From Promethearchaeota archaeon (GTDB lineage Archaea; Asgardarchaeota; Lokiarchaeia; Sigyniarchaeales; SOKP01), in NCBI GenBank assembly GCA_037386725.1, contig JARRLT010000048.1:1-36357 (forward strand): a stretch of 36,357 bases of DNA, in the 5' to 3' direction. The translations under genes and the position numbers were made by a program. This document shows, piece by piece, positions 9,959-19,601 of the stretch. Position 1 is the first letter of the stretch. Each line of letters begins with the position of its first letter. The notes beneath the pieces were generated by a model that worked only from the letters and a program-made list of their open reading frames with translations, was not told where the DNA came from and did not search any database.

Positions 9959-10125
9959 TTTTCTTGAAAATTATATTTTTTTATTATATTAAAGAAATTT
10001 TTGGTTAATAAAATATTAGATTTGTAATTTAAAAATGTATTTTGATAATTCTAACGTAAATCTATTGGTTAAAAACCATGCTAATTTGGAATTAATAGAA
10101 GGGTTAAAATAAGAATTTAGAACAA

Positions 10126-10971
10126 TTATTTTTGTTCTAATTGTCGTTTTATCTGATTTTTTAAAATATCCTTCTTACTGGTGCTTTTTGCGGGTTTTGG
10201 AACTTGATTAGTTCTTCTTAAAAATTCTATGGCAATTATGCTTCCGTCTTCTGATAAAATTCTAGGAGAGTAATCTTCAGCAAAAAACACACCCTCAGGA
10301 ATCGAACCAACCTTTTCAATTACTTTTTCTATTTGTTTTTTTCCTAAAAATGATTGGACTTTTTCTACGAGAGAATAAGCATGATTTCCAATAATAATTA
10401 ATTCCCTTTCATATCCATCGGGTATTTTAATTGCTTCTAGTTTTTCCATAATCGTTTTAAAATCGATTTTCTGACGCTCTTCAGTTAATGATGCCATTGA
10501 TTCTGTGCCCGTGTATAATGGTCCTAAATTATCTGTTTTTGACATACTTCCAGCAATGTTCATACCTTTAGCGGGCTCTGGAGCTGGAAAGTGCGATTTT
10601 TCACGCAAGGGGTGTCCAGCAGTTCTACTTTTTGGTTGTTCTTCATGTTTGATTTCTTTAGCGATCCCAGCCTCAGTCTTGCCACCCGCAACCTTGATAA
10701 AGTCCGGTTCCTCTTCTCCTTCATCTTGTGGAACCACTCCAAAATGCATTCCGACCATTCCGCGTATTTCTTGGCTCCTTTTTGCCCCAATAAACTTTGA
10801 TCTAACGGAACTCTTCTCTCCTTTCCAGAGATAAACTTTTCTTAACTCATCATCCACGATAACATAACACTCTTCTGTATCCAAAATATCTTTTATCGGT
10901 TTCTGAGTCTTGATTTCTTCTGTTGTACCATCTGGGAGTATTTTAAACACTTGTCGGCCTATTTCCAACAC
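10126..10971 (-). CDS. Gelsolin/villin-like domain protein (Asgard-type gelsolin candidate)
   Basis: The N-terminal 90 aa (FKILPDGTTEEI..EECYVIVDDELRKVYLWKGEKSSVRSKFIGAKRSQEIRGM) match the gelsolin-domain pattern (CYIL.. WiGk.Ss.dEk.aAa..a.el). It is adjacent to a Roadblock gene. Confidence 0.65.
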   Translation of the reverse strand: MLEIGRQVFKILPDGTTEEIKTQKPIKDILDTEECYVIVDDELRKVYLWKGEKSSVRSKFIGAKRSQEIRGMVGMHFGVVPQDEGEEEPDFIKVAGGKTEAGIAKEIKHEEQPKSRTAGHPLREKSHFPAPEPAKGMNIAGSMSKTDNLGPLYTGTESMASLTEERQKIDFKTIMEKLEAIKIPDGYERELIIIGNHAYSLVEKVQSFLGKKQIEKVIEKVGSIPEGVFFAEDYSPRILSEDGSIIAIEFLRRTNQVPKPAKSTSKKDILKNQIKRQLEQK

Positions 10972-11271
10972 CTTTTTATTATGTTCTCTTATATATTCTT
11001 AAATAATTTTCACTAATATAGTATTACTATATTACTAATATTAGTTTTACTATTTAATTATTCTTTTTAGAATCTTTATGAATTAATGTAATTAGCTTGA
11101 TAGATTTCTTTTAAAAATCATTTATAAGCTATAATGATCCTTTTTTTATTTTTAGAATCAATTTTAGACATATTCTATAATGAATAATAATATAGAGATT
11201 ATCTTTTTAAATTTTTTTAAAGTTACATATAAAGGTGAAATCCAATTCAAAAAGTTAAAGATTTTGAGATA
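10972..11271. promoter_or_regulatory. Divergent intergenic region between gelsolin-like (-) and aldehyde dehydrogenase (+); TATA-like ttacatataaagg at 11224-11236, about 40 nt upstream of ATG 11272
   Basis: 300-bp AT-rich spacer between divergently oriented genes. The TATA-like element is seen in the sequence; its function is not tested. Confidence 0.3.
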
Positions 11272-12753
11272 ATGAAAGAGGGAGATGAATATAAGTACTA
11301 TATAACGGGTGAATGGAGAAAATCTACTTCTAATAAAACCATCTCAATATTGAATCCATATAATAATGAGTTAGTAGGAAAAGTCCAAGCTTGCACAAAA
11401 GAAGAAATAGATGAAGTTTTTAAAAATGCTAAAGAAAGTATAGAATGTTGGGATATCACTCCACTCAGAGAAAGAGCTGAAGTCTTAAAAAAGGCAGCAG
11501 AATTGATGCGAGAATGGTCAGAGTATTTAGGGAATCTCCTAATGCAAGAAAATGGAAAACCCCTAAAGAGTGCTATTTCTGAGATTGAGAGAACAGCAAT
11601 TATTTTTGATGCAACCAGTGAAGAGAGTGATGTGTTTTTTGGTGAATCAATTCGAGGGGATATGCTAGAAGGATACGATAGAGATAAATTATCGATGACA
11701 TATCGAGTTCCTTTAGGAGTAATTTTATGTATTAGTCCATTTAATTATCCTTTCAATTTAGCGGGTTCAAAAATAGCTCCTGCATTGTTAGCGGGGAATT
11801 CTGTTGTGCTAAAGCCTCCAACTGAGGGATCAATTACGGGATTGCATTTTGGTGTTATAATGGAAAAGGCTGGATTACCATCAGGGGTATTCAATGTAGT
11901 TACCGGAAGGGGTTCTGAGATTGGAGATTACCTGGTGAGTCATCCGAATGTTGATATGATAAGCTTTACGGGTTCTTCTACAACAGGAAATCATATAGCA
12001 GATATTGCTGGAATGAAGCCTCTTTTACTAGAGTTAGGAGGAAAGGACGCTGCTATTGTTTTAGATGATGCAGATTTGGATTTAACTGTTGAAGCAATCA
12101 TTTCAGGCGCTTTTTCATATAATGGTCAGCGTTGTACCGCAGTAAAACGTGTTTTACCCATGCCCAGTATTGCAGATAAACTAATCGAAAAAGTAGTTGA
12201 AAAGGCTAAAAATTTAACAATAGGAAGTCCTGCAGAAAATAAGAAGATTGGACCAATAATTAGCAATAAACAATGTGATTACATAGAGGAATTGATCCAA
12301 GATGCTATTGATAAGGGAGCAACAGTGAGATGTGGAAATAAAAGAGAGAATAATATATTCTGGCCCACAGTTCTTGATAATGTTACTGAGGATATGCGAA
12401 TTGCCTGGGAAGAACAATTTGGACCGGTAATTCCTTTTATTCGAATAAAAAGTGCAGATGAGGCAATTCGAATCTCTAATGCATCCCAATATGGGTTACA
12501 AGGGATGATTTTTACAGAGAATATAGATTTAGCAATGAATATTGCTCAAGAACTGGAGGTTGGAACAGTGCAAATTAATGGAGCAAGTTCTCGTGGTCCA
12601 GATCATTTTCCATTTTTAGGAGCCAAATCAAGTGGTATGGGCACCCAAGGAATTAAATATACAATTGAGGCTATGAGTCGACCAAAAGTAATTGTAATGA
12701 ATCTCTCTGAAAGAGGAAAATTAGTTCATGATTGTGTTTATAAAGAAGAATAA
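11272..12753 (+). CDS. Aldehyde dehydrogenase family protein, GapN-like (NAD(P)-dependent non-phosphorylating glyceraldehyde-3-phosphate dehydrogenase candidate)
   Basis: 493 aa with ALDH hallmarks: FNYPFNLAGSKIAPALLAGNSVVLKPP, catalytic Cys in GQRCTAVKRVL, and ELGGKDAAIV (Glu-containing motif). Confidence 0.9.
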   Translation: MKEGDEYKYYITGEWRKSTSNKTISILNPYNNELVGKVQACTKEEIDEVFKNAKESIECWDITPLRERAEVLKKAAELMREWSEYLGNLLMQENGKPLKSAISEIERTAIIFDATSEESDVFFGESIRGDMLEGYDRDKLSMTYRVPLGVILCISPFNYPFNLAGSKIAPALLAGNSVVLKPPTEGSITGLHFGVIMEKAGLPSGVFNVVTGRGSEIGDYLVSHPNVDMISFTGSSTTGNHIADIAGMKPLLLELGGKDAAIVLDDADLDLTVEAIISGAFSYNGQRCTAVKRVLPMPSIADKLIEKVVEKAKNLTIGSPAENKKIGPIISNKQCDYIEELIQDAIDKGATVRCGNKRENNIFWPTVLDNVTEDMRIAWEEQFGPVIPFIRIKSADEAIRISNASQYGLQGMIFTENIDLAMNIAQELEVGTVQINGASSRGPDHFPFLGAKSSGMGTQGIKYTIEAMSRPKVIVMNLSERGKLVHDCVYKEE

Positions 12754-12866
12754 ACAACACTGCATTATATTTGAATTCTTTTTTTAATTTTAATCATATA
12801 ATCCTTATTCTTTATATTTAAGAAAAATAGTAGGGAGGATATTTTTTGTTAGAAAAGAAAAATAAT

Positions 12867-14380
12867 TTATTCAAAATACTTTATTATTTCTTTTAATTGT
12901 TCAATCATATCCATTGAAGTGAATTTAGTATTATAATTTTCCTTTGTGTATTCTCCTAATAAACCATTCAGAAAAGCGGCTGAGCAAGCAGCTTGGAATG
13001 GCGAATTTTCAGTAGCGAGAAAAGATGTACATAAACCCGCTAAAATATCTCCTGTCCCTCCAACAGCCATTTCAGGACATCCTGTCTTATTTATTTTAAT
13101 CTCTTTACCGTTACTTATATAATCATAAGGACCCTTTACTAATAATGTAATATTTAACTTTTTAGCTAATTGGTGTATCCACTCATAATCTTCAGTTCAC
13201 CTTCATGAGGTGTTAGAATACAAGATTGTCCCTTAATCAAATTAAGATGGTTCTTTATTAATTTTAAAGCATCTGCATCTAAAACAAATGATTTCTTATT
13301 TTTCTTTAGGTATTTTAGAATTTCAACTAATAACTCTTCAGTTTCTTTCTCTTTTCCTAATCCTGGACCAATAACTATTGCATTTGCCCAATCAATCAAA
13401 TAGCATATTTCTTCAAAAGCATCCATTTTTAACCAATTACCAGGTGAGGTACGAACAATCATGTTTGGAGAATATGATCTTACCACGTCCCCAATTACTT
13501 GAGGTGTATAAGTTATCACAAGATCTAACCCAAAATTTATCCCAGTTAAGGAACTATATGTTGGAGCTCCAGAATAATTTTTCGAACCTCCAATAACAAG
13601 CATTCTTCCAAATTGCCCTTTATGAAAATGAAATTGCCTGTGTTTGAGGGTAGGAATTAAATCTCCTCTTCCCACATATATTTGGGCCTCCTGAGGAATC
13701 CCTATAGGCTTTACTATGATTTCCTTAATATAATCACTATTGATGTCCATCCCTATCTTATTTCTATGGAATGTAATAACTAAATCCGCTTTTACTGCTC
13801 TATCGGGAACATTACCAGTATCCGGATCTAAACCAGAAGGAACATCAATAGATACAATTTTAATATTTTCTTGATGATCTTTTATTTCATTAATAAAATC
13901 AATAGCAGTAGCAATTGGTTCTCTTATTTTACCTTTTATTCCTGTACCCAGCATTCCATCTATTAAAACATCAAAATCCTCATTATCTAGAAGGATCCCT
14001 AAACTAACTACATCGGTAGAATCTTTTATTATTTCAAGTGTTATATTTTCCGTGAGATGTTTTGAGATAATATCCCAATTTAGTTTTGCTTCTTCTGTAT
14101 TGATTCTATTTGGTCTACCCATAAGAATCAATCTAACATTTACTCCCATTGAGGATAAATGTCGGGCAATAACAAATCCATCTCCACCATTATTTCCCAT
14201 TCCACAAAAGATTAATACTTTAGAATTGGAATCTAAACCGTATTTTTCGATAACTTCCATTGCAAAAGAATATCCCGCACATTCCATAAGATGAGCTTTG
14301 GGAATTCCTAACCATTCACTATTGTTATCTAATATTCCAACTTCTTTAGAGGAAATTTTATCCTTATATAATCTTTCCAT
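12867..14380 (-). CDS. nnr: Bifunctional NAD(P)H-hydrate repair enzyme Nnr (N-terminal YjeF-N epimerase plus C-terminal ADP-dependent dehydratase), split by a frameshift near 13166-13185
   Basis: Track ORF 13166..14380 carries the epimerase domain and the start of the dehydratase (SCILTPHEGELKIMSGYTN, then stop). A second frame continues ..LAKKLNITLLVKGPYDYISNGKEIKINKTGCPEMAVGGTGDILAGL.. (track ORF 12867..13070), which is the conserved GGxGD end of the dehydratase. A one-base indel would restore the frame. Confidence 0.85.
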
Positions 14381-14522
14381 AACAAATAATTAATGATTCT
14401 TCAAATAAAAAATACTTTTCAATTATATTTTAAAAAATTTGAGCTAGAACCCTATTCTCCAATCAATCGGTTAAGCTTAATTTAGAACCTATCCATCCAT
14501 ACTAATCAATAATAATCTTTTA

Positions 14523-15197
14523 TTGGATTGTGGAGAAGGGACCACTCAAAATTTGTTGAAAATCGATATGATACAGAATATAACTACTATCTGTATAACA
14601 CATCTTCATAATGATCACTTTATGGGCATTTTTTCATTATTATGGTATTATTGGATTAATGAAAGAAAAGAAACTTTAAAAATAATTGGACCTGCAGATA
14701 CTAAGTCTACAATTGAAAAAATCCTCGATCTTATTCATACTCCTGAAAGAATGAAAAGTTTTGAAATTGAATATCTTCCACTAAAAGATATAATAGAAAT
14801 TCAATCAATAGAAGAAGAAAATTATACTATTAAAGCCATAAAAACCAGCCATTTAGATCCCACTTTTGCATTACGGGTTGAAGAGAATGGAAAATCAGTA
14901 TGTTATTCGGGAGATACAAAACCAATTCAAGGATTGATAACATTTTTTGATAATTGTAATCTATTAATCCATGAATCTACATTTCCAGATGAGTTTCAAA
15001 ACCTTGCTCACCAGTTATATCATAGTACTCCCCACGATATAGCTGACATTGCAAATAAATCAAACTGTATTAATATAGCTTTAATCCATATTTCTCCAAC
15101 TTTCCATGAACAAATCGATAAATTCTATACACAAGTTCGCAAACATTTTACTGGGACTATATTTATCCCAGATGATCTATCGATGCTTGAAATTTAA
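14523..15197 (+). CDS. RNase Z-like metallo-beta-lactamase-fold protein lacking the usual N-terminal 40 aa (TTG start in track)
   Basis: LDCGEGTTQ, the HxHxDH motif ITHLHNDH, and SGDTKP, LIHESTF, YHST, LIHISP blocks mirror RNase Z motifs II-V. The frame is closed 9 codons upstream by TAA at 14514-14516 and no N-terminal motif I was found. Confidence 0.7.
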   Translation: MDCGEGTTQNLLKIDMIQNITTICITHLHNDHFMGIFSLLWYYWINERKETLKIIGPADTKSTIEKILDLIHTPERMKSFEIEYLPLKDIIEIQSIEEENYTIKAIKTSHLDPTFALRVEENGKSVCYSGDTKPIQGLITFFDNCNLLIHESTFPDEFQNLAHQLYHSTPHDIADIANKSNCINIALIHISPTFHEQIDKFYTQVRKHFTGTIFIPDDLSMLEI

Positions 15198-15213
15198 ATT
15201 ACTTTAATTTTTG

Positions 15214-15840
15214 TTATTTTTTAGAAAAAGAGCTTTCAATGATAAATTTTAGTTCTCTAAAACTACTAATCTCAAATTCTGAGCAAAAATTAATTTTATG
15301 TTGTTCTCGAATAAACCTAATTGTTTTAAAACCTATTTTTGCGGCGGATTGAAGATTTCTCAAAGAATCATCTACTAATAGACATTCTTGAGGAAGAACG
15401 TCAGCGTTTTTTAAAAGACATTTAAAAATACTTGAATTAGGTTTTCTAAATCCCTCCTCTCCACTAACCACAATAACATCAAAAAATTTATTCAGATCAA
15501 ACTTTTTTCTTAAAAATTTAGACCACTCTTTAATATCATTTGAAATAAAAGCTAAGTGGAACATTGTTTTTAAATAACTTGCTACATCATAAAATTCAGA
15601 ATCAACTTCAAACATACTGAGATATTCGTGTTCTATATCAGGATAGCTGTTAATCAAGCCTATCTTCTTCCAAAATAGATAGGATGATATTTTCCCTAAT
15701 GTAGCTTCTTGATATGTTTTAATGATTATTTCTTCAGTAAGATTAACCTTTTTTTCCTTGAGGAAAGGAAGAAGATAACTTTTCACAATTTCTCTGTTTA
15801 TGAAAATTACTCCCATTCCATCAATGATAATCCATTTCAT
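15214..15840 (-). CDS. HAD-superfamily hydrolase (subfamily IA-like)
   Basis: Motif I IIDGMGVIF and motif III/IV region VVSGEEGFRKPNSSIF...LLVDDSLRNLQSAAKIG. Confidence 0.8.
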   Translation of the reverse strand: MKWIIIDGMGVIFINREIVKSYLLPFLKEKKVNLTEEIIIKTYQEATLGKISSYLFWKKIGLINSYPDIEHEYLSMFEVDSEFYDVASYLKTMFHLAFISNDIKEWSKFLRKKFDLNKFFDVIVVSGEEGFRKPNSSIFKCLLKNADVLPQECLLVDDSLRNLQSAAKIGFKTIRFIREQHKINFCSEFEISSFRELKFIIESSFSKK

Positions 15841-15895
15841 TATTTCATTCTTATTTAATGTAGATTTTAGATTTGATTTATTTTATTGAAAAATT

Positions 15896-16567
15896 TTATT
15901 GAATAGGAATTAAATCACAAAAATAAAACCTATTACCATGAGAAAAGATATCCCCTTTTTTGAATGCGATTTTTTCTTGGAATATTGGTCCATCATATAC
16001 AAAAGAATGAAATTCTCCATTCTCACCGCATGGATCAACATTAGGGGGAAGGTTGGATAAAAAATCAAGATCATACTCCCTTCCAACAAATTTCTTATCA
16101 AGTACTTCAGAATCAACGCAAGTAATGATTGCCTTAAATCCTAAGTTGATAACTTTATTAGATAGCTGTTTTGTTTCTTTTTTCCATAGCGGAAAAAGTG
16201 CTTTCATTCCAATTTTTGATAAGTTGATTTCCCGATAACTTCTTAAGTCTTCTAAGAAAATGTCTCCAAAAACAACAGTAGTAACGCCATTTGTTTTATA
16301 CTTTGTTAAGATCTCTCTCATTTTTAACTCATACCCTTTATTGGATTCCTTATTTTTAAGAAAAATTAATTCGATCGGAATTCCTAAAGCACTCGCTTGT
16401 TGTTCAAGTAGAATTTGCTGAACTCCATGCATCATAGTTCTATTGTTATCTTTAACTAGATTTGTCAATAAAGCAATAACTTCATATTTTCGAGCCTTTT
16501 GAAGTTCATAATAGGCCAAAGCACCATCTTTTCCACCACTCCATGTAAAAAGTACTTTTTCCTTCAT
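15896..16567 (-). CDS. Dph6-like / MJ0570-family PP-loop ATP-binding protein (diphthine-ammonia ligase-type ATP pyrophosphatase domain)
   Basis: N-terminal PP-loop FTWSGGKDGALA, plus ..VVFGDIFLEDLRSYRE.. and C-terminal DPCGENGEFHSFV, typical of the MJ0570/Dph6 N-terminal domain family. Confidence 0.75.
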   Translation of the reverse strand: MKEKVLFTWSGGKDGALAYYELQKARKYEVIALLTNLVKDNNRTMMHGVQQILLEQQASALGIPIELIFLKNKESNKGYELKMREILTKYKTNGVTTVVFGDIFLEDLRSYREINLSKIGMKALFPLWKKETKQLSNKVINLGFKAIITCVDSEVLDKKFVGREYDLDFLSNLPPNVDPCGENGEFHSFVYDGPIFQEKIAFKKGDIFSHGNRFYFCDLIPIQ

Positions 16568-16669
16568 AATTATACGTTATTATCAAGTAAATTAAAAACT
16601 TATTAGGTTAATTAAATGGTTCTTAGTTAAAACATCTATTCTTACATAAGATTTTAAAATGAGATAAGT

Positions 16670-16849
16670 ATGAGTAAAAAAGTAATAAAGAAAGTTAAAT
16701 GCCGGCGGTGGGATTTCCAAGATGTAGCGAATCGCTACAATTTTATGAGCCCACGACCTCTAGATTCCATCCGTCTGACCCAATTTTTTCAGAGAGATTA
16801 TGAGTCTAGCGCGTATTCAACCAGAAAACAAACGATAACCTTCATATAA
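16670..16849 (+). CDS. Possible 59-aa small ORF (MSKKVIKKVKCRRWDFQDVANRYNFMSPRPLDSIRLTQFFQRDYESSAYSTRKQTITFI) in a locally GC-elevated intergenic patch
   Basis: ORF just below the 60-aa track cutoff, hand-translated from ATG 16670 to TAA 16847-16849. No recognisable family. It overlaps a hairpin (gtagcgaatcgctac) and could instead be a structured RNA or nothing. Confidence 0.2.
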   Translation: MSKKVIKKVKCRRWDFQDVANRYNFMSPRPLDSIRLTQFFQRDYESSAYSTRKQTITFI

Positions 16850-16856
16850 GAAAATT

Positions 16857-17548
16857 TTAAGTGGTAATGAATGATTTTATTTTAGAATTTACCAATTTGG
16901 GTTCATCATGCATTACCCAATGTGATCCATTCTCAACTTTAAAAATTTCTAGATCCTCTACATACTCCTCTAAACCCTCAAGAACCACTGGCATTACAAA
17001 CATATCTTTCATTCCAAATATAACTAGGGTTGGCACCTTAATGATTCCAGTAAATTCAGAAAAATCTTGATTAGCTCTATAATAATTAACTCCTCCTAAA
17101 ATTGCTCCTGATTGAGACCATGCACTGATATATTTTTTTATATTTTCGGATGAGGTGCATTGAGAATTATTAACTTATTAAGCAATTCGGGGTGTTGTTC
17201 CGCAAAAATCCATGCGATCATCCCACCCCAGTCATGCCCTATTAAAGTAACTTTTTCAAGTTGGAGTGTTTGACAAATACTTCTTACATCTTCAATTAAA
17301 TATTGGATTTTATAACTTTCTTGATTTTCTGGCTTATCGGACAGATTATAACCTCTTAAATCTGGAACTATTAACTTGAACTCCTCTTTCAAGCCTAATA
17401 TTATGTCTTTCCAACCATACCAAAAATCGGGAAATCCATGAAGTAAAATTACCGGCTTCCCAGATCCAAAGATTAGCGTATGAAGTTTCACTTCATTGGA
17501 ATCTATATACTTTTCTTCTGCTTCTTGTTTAAGATCCATATTTATCAA
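16857..17548 (-). CDS. Alpha/beta-fold hydrolase (epoxide-hydrolase / haloalkane-dehalogenase-like) with a frameshift at the T7 homopolymer 17143-17149
   Basis: Track ORF 17138..17548 gives LLHGFPDFWYGW...VPDLRGYNLSDKP...LIGHDWGG (nucleophile elbow) ..NAPHPKI, then stop. An adjacent frame continues ..SAWSQSGAILGGVNYYRANQDF..VPTLVIFGMKDMFV..ENGSHWVMHDEP.. to TAA at 16857-16859. This is the expected cap and His-containing C-terminus. The plus-strand track ORF 16861..17070 is antisense to this region. Confidence 0.8.
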
Positions 17549-17721
17549 CTTTTTAATTTTAAAAGAAGGTTTTTGTATAAATAATATTTATCTTCTTTTC
17601 TAATATGAAACTTTCATGAATTTTATTTGATATAAACTAGAAGGTAATTTAAATGAATGAGTTTTAAAAAATAGTAGAAGAGAGTTAAAAAGTCAAGAGA
17701 AAAGCATGTAAAATTATAATC

Positions 17722-17825
17722 TGGAGCCCTTGGGGGGGTATGATCCCCCGACCTTTGCCTTTTAGGGTAGTAGGGGAAACCCACTTCGTACCAAGGCAAC
17801 GCTCTACCGACTGAGCTACAAGGGC
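17722..17825 (-). tRNA. tRNA with anticodon GGU (Thr) carrying a 28-nt intron at the canonical 37/38 position
   Basis: Reverse complement: GCCCTTG TA GCTC AGTCGGTAG AGC G TTGCC TTGGTA [CGAAGTGGGTTTCCCCTACTACCCTAAA] A GGCAA AGGTC GGGGG ATCATAC CCCCC CAAGGGC T CCA. The acceptor has a perfect 7 bp stem, and the D-arm GCTC/GAGC is canonical. The anticodon stem TTGCC/GGCAA closes only after intron removal. It is the only strongly GC-rich intergenic block in this part of the window. The T-loop is atypical (ATCATAC). Confidence 0.65.
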
Positions 17826-17994
17826 TTATAAAAAAAGATTTTCCTTGTGATATTAACCAATTTTCTAAGAATAATTTCTTGTTTAATAGATTATTCTATG
17901 AAATTTATAATTTTTTTAATTAATTGATAATAATAAATTTTGCTAAAATAAAATAAAGAGTTTTCTCCTTTCCTTCTAAATTCAAGATCTGTAC

Positions 17995-18672
17995 CTAAAT
18001 ACCAAAAATTTGAGTAAAAATAATTCCTTGTGTGATGAGAAATAGAGCAATGCCGTAAGTGAGCATCACATAAAATCGATCGTGAGGGATATGTTTATCA
18101 AATTTATCAATAGCAATTATTCCATCTGAAATAATAAATAAGAGAGACCCAATCCATGGAAATAGAAATGATAAGGAGATAAAATTAAATGAATCCAATC
18201 TTAAGATTGCAAAGAGTCCCATAGTAAAAATTGCTGCTACATAAACGTATGTCGGAATCTTAAGATCCCCCATTTTCCCTTGAATTCTGAATAGTATAAA
18301 ACTCATAATAAAAATTTCAAAAAGGATTAGAAAGAATCCCCAAAAAGGAAAAGATAAAATATTTGCAATGGATAATGCGAAACTAATTATGAAGAAGATC
18401 TGACAAATTAGAAACGAACCAAGACCATATATAAACCATTTCCCTTCTTTCTCCACCATTAGAAAAAAATCTCCAAACCAGGCAAAAATAAGTCCAACAA
18501 TGAAGAACCAGTTTAAAATACCTAAGTTTAGATTAAATACATAATACAAGATCAAAAGTGGCATTAGAAACGGTTTTGTGATAAGTCGAATTTTAACATT
18601 CTTAAACCATTCTCCGCCTATATGAATAATAAGTAATAGAAAATATAGAACAAGAAATATAATTGATATCAT
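17995..18672 (-). CDS. YhhN-family (TMEM86/lysoplasmalogenase-like) polytopic membrane protein
   Basis: 225 aa, about 7 hydrophobic segments. The conserved blocks KPFLMPLLILYY, GLIFAWFGDFFLM and GLGSFLICQIFF, and the C-terminus YGIALFLITQGIIF, parallel E. coli YhhN (KPLTLLLL / GLCASLLGDALTL / GAFFLSHLLY / AGHFLIVRSL). Confidence 0.6.
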   Translation of the reverse strand: MISIIFLVLYFLLLIIHIGGEWFKNVKIRLITKPFLMPLLILYYVFNLNLGILNWFFIVGLIFAWFGDFFLMVEKEGKWFIYGLGSFLICQIFFIISFALSIANILSFPFWGFFLILFEIFIMSFILFRIQGKMGDLKIPTYVYVAAIFTMGLFAILRLDSFNFISLSFLFPWIGSLLFIISDGIIAIDKFDKHIPHDRFYVMLTYGIALFLITQGIIFTQIFGI

Positions 18673-18874
18673 TTTGAATTCTCTATAATATTTTTATTAA
18701 TTATAATTATTTCAACTTAAGACACATAAATTTTAAATTTTAAGGTTTAATTCAAAATATAATATCACTATTCCTTTAGGGAAATAAAGCTAAAATAGAA
18801 GGGGGATATTAATTTAACTTTAATCTAGTATAGATGATTTTCTATCTTGATGTTATTATCTATACTTGATATCA

Positions 18875-19425
18875 TTATAACAAGAAAATTCCCAAAATGT
18901 CTCCTTGAACTATAAGAAATTGGGCTATAATATATGTAATTAATACAAATATACCCGTATGTGGAATTTTTTGGTCAAACATATCGATTAGGATGATTCC
19001 ATAATACACTTGGAATATCAAGGACCCTACCCAAACAAGATAAAATGATAACCCAAGAGATCCTGGTAATCTAAGTATTGAAAATAAATTCATAAAAATA
19101 TCTTGTTTTAGTGATTGTATTTCAAAAAGGCTATAATATAACTAAACTGACCAACTATCAAAAATATAACTCCATTTAACCAATGTTCTTCTTCATGATA
19201 AAAAATAAAAAAGAAGTTTCCAATAAACCCACATACTAGTCCAATAACTATAAAATAGTTAATATTTCCAAATGGAACACTAAAAATATCATACAATATA
19301 AGAGTAATCAAAATAGAAGGGAGACTATAATATTGAAGCTTTTTTTCTCTTCTAAATACAAAAAATGTATGTAATACGCTAACCGAGATAAAAAGTATTA
19401 AAAATATTAGGGCTATGATGTTCAT
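18875..19425 (-). CDS. Tandem paralogue of the YhhN-family membrane protein, split into two ORFs (19108-19425 and 18875-19093) by a frameshift
   Basis: The N-terminal ORF (MNIIALIFLILFIS..IVIGLVCGFIGNFFFIF) and the C-terminal ORF (..IDMFDQKIPHTGIFVLITYIIAQFLIVQG) align to the N- and C-terminal halves of 17995..18672 respectively. The frames differ, and there is a 14-nt gap between the ORFs. Confidence 0.5.
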
Positions 19426-19601
19426 TTTAATTACCTAGTTTTTTTAGTTGTTTAAATATTACTAAAATTAAATGAATTATTGTTTGGGATTAATTCATCA
19501 TACTAAAAAAATCTAAATTCTTAATTTTAAAAATTTTAATGTTTAATATAATATATCAATAGAATAAGAGTAAATAAAATTTTAAACAAAAATTTAATAT
19601 T

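Noticed and set aside
9690-9992. Track ORF 9690..9992 (+), 100 aa
   Set aside because: Antisense to the Roadblock gene, which has a recognisable fold pattern.
10505-10834. Three overlapping short ORFs (10505..10834 +, 10560..10790 -, 10591..10800 +) inside the gelsolin-like gene
   Set aside because: Alternative-frame or antisense reads of a locally GC-richer acidic linker; no motifs.
12754-12866. T-rich run after the aldehyde dehydrogenase stop as an archaeal terminator
   Set aside because: Oligo-T tracts are everywhere in this 30% GC DNA, so this cannot be distinguished from background without transcript data.
16861-17070. Track ORF 16861..17070 (+), 69 aa
   Set aside because: Antisense to the frameshifted C-terminal part of the alpha/beta hydrolase. 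The minus-strand frame gives the expected hydrolase C-terminal motifs.
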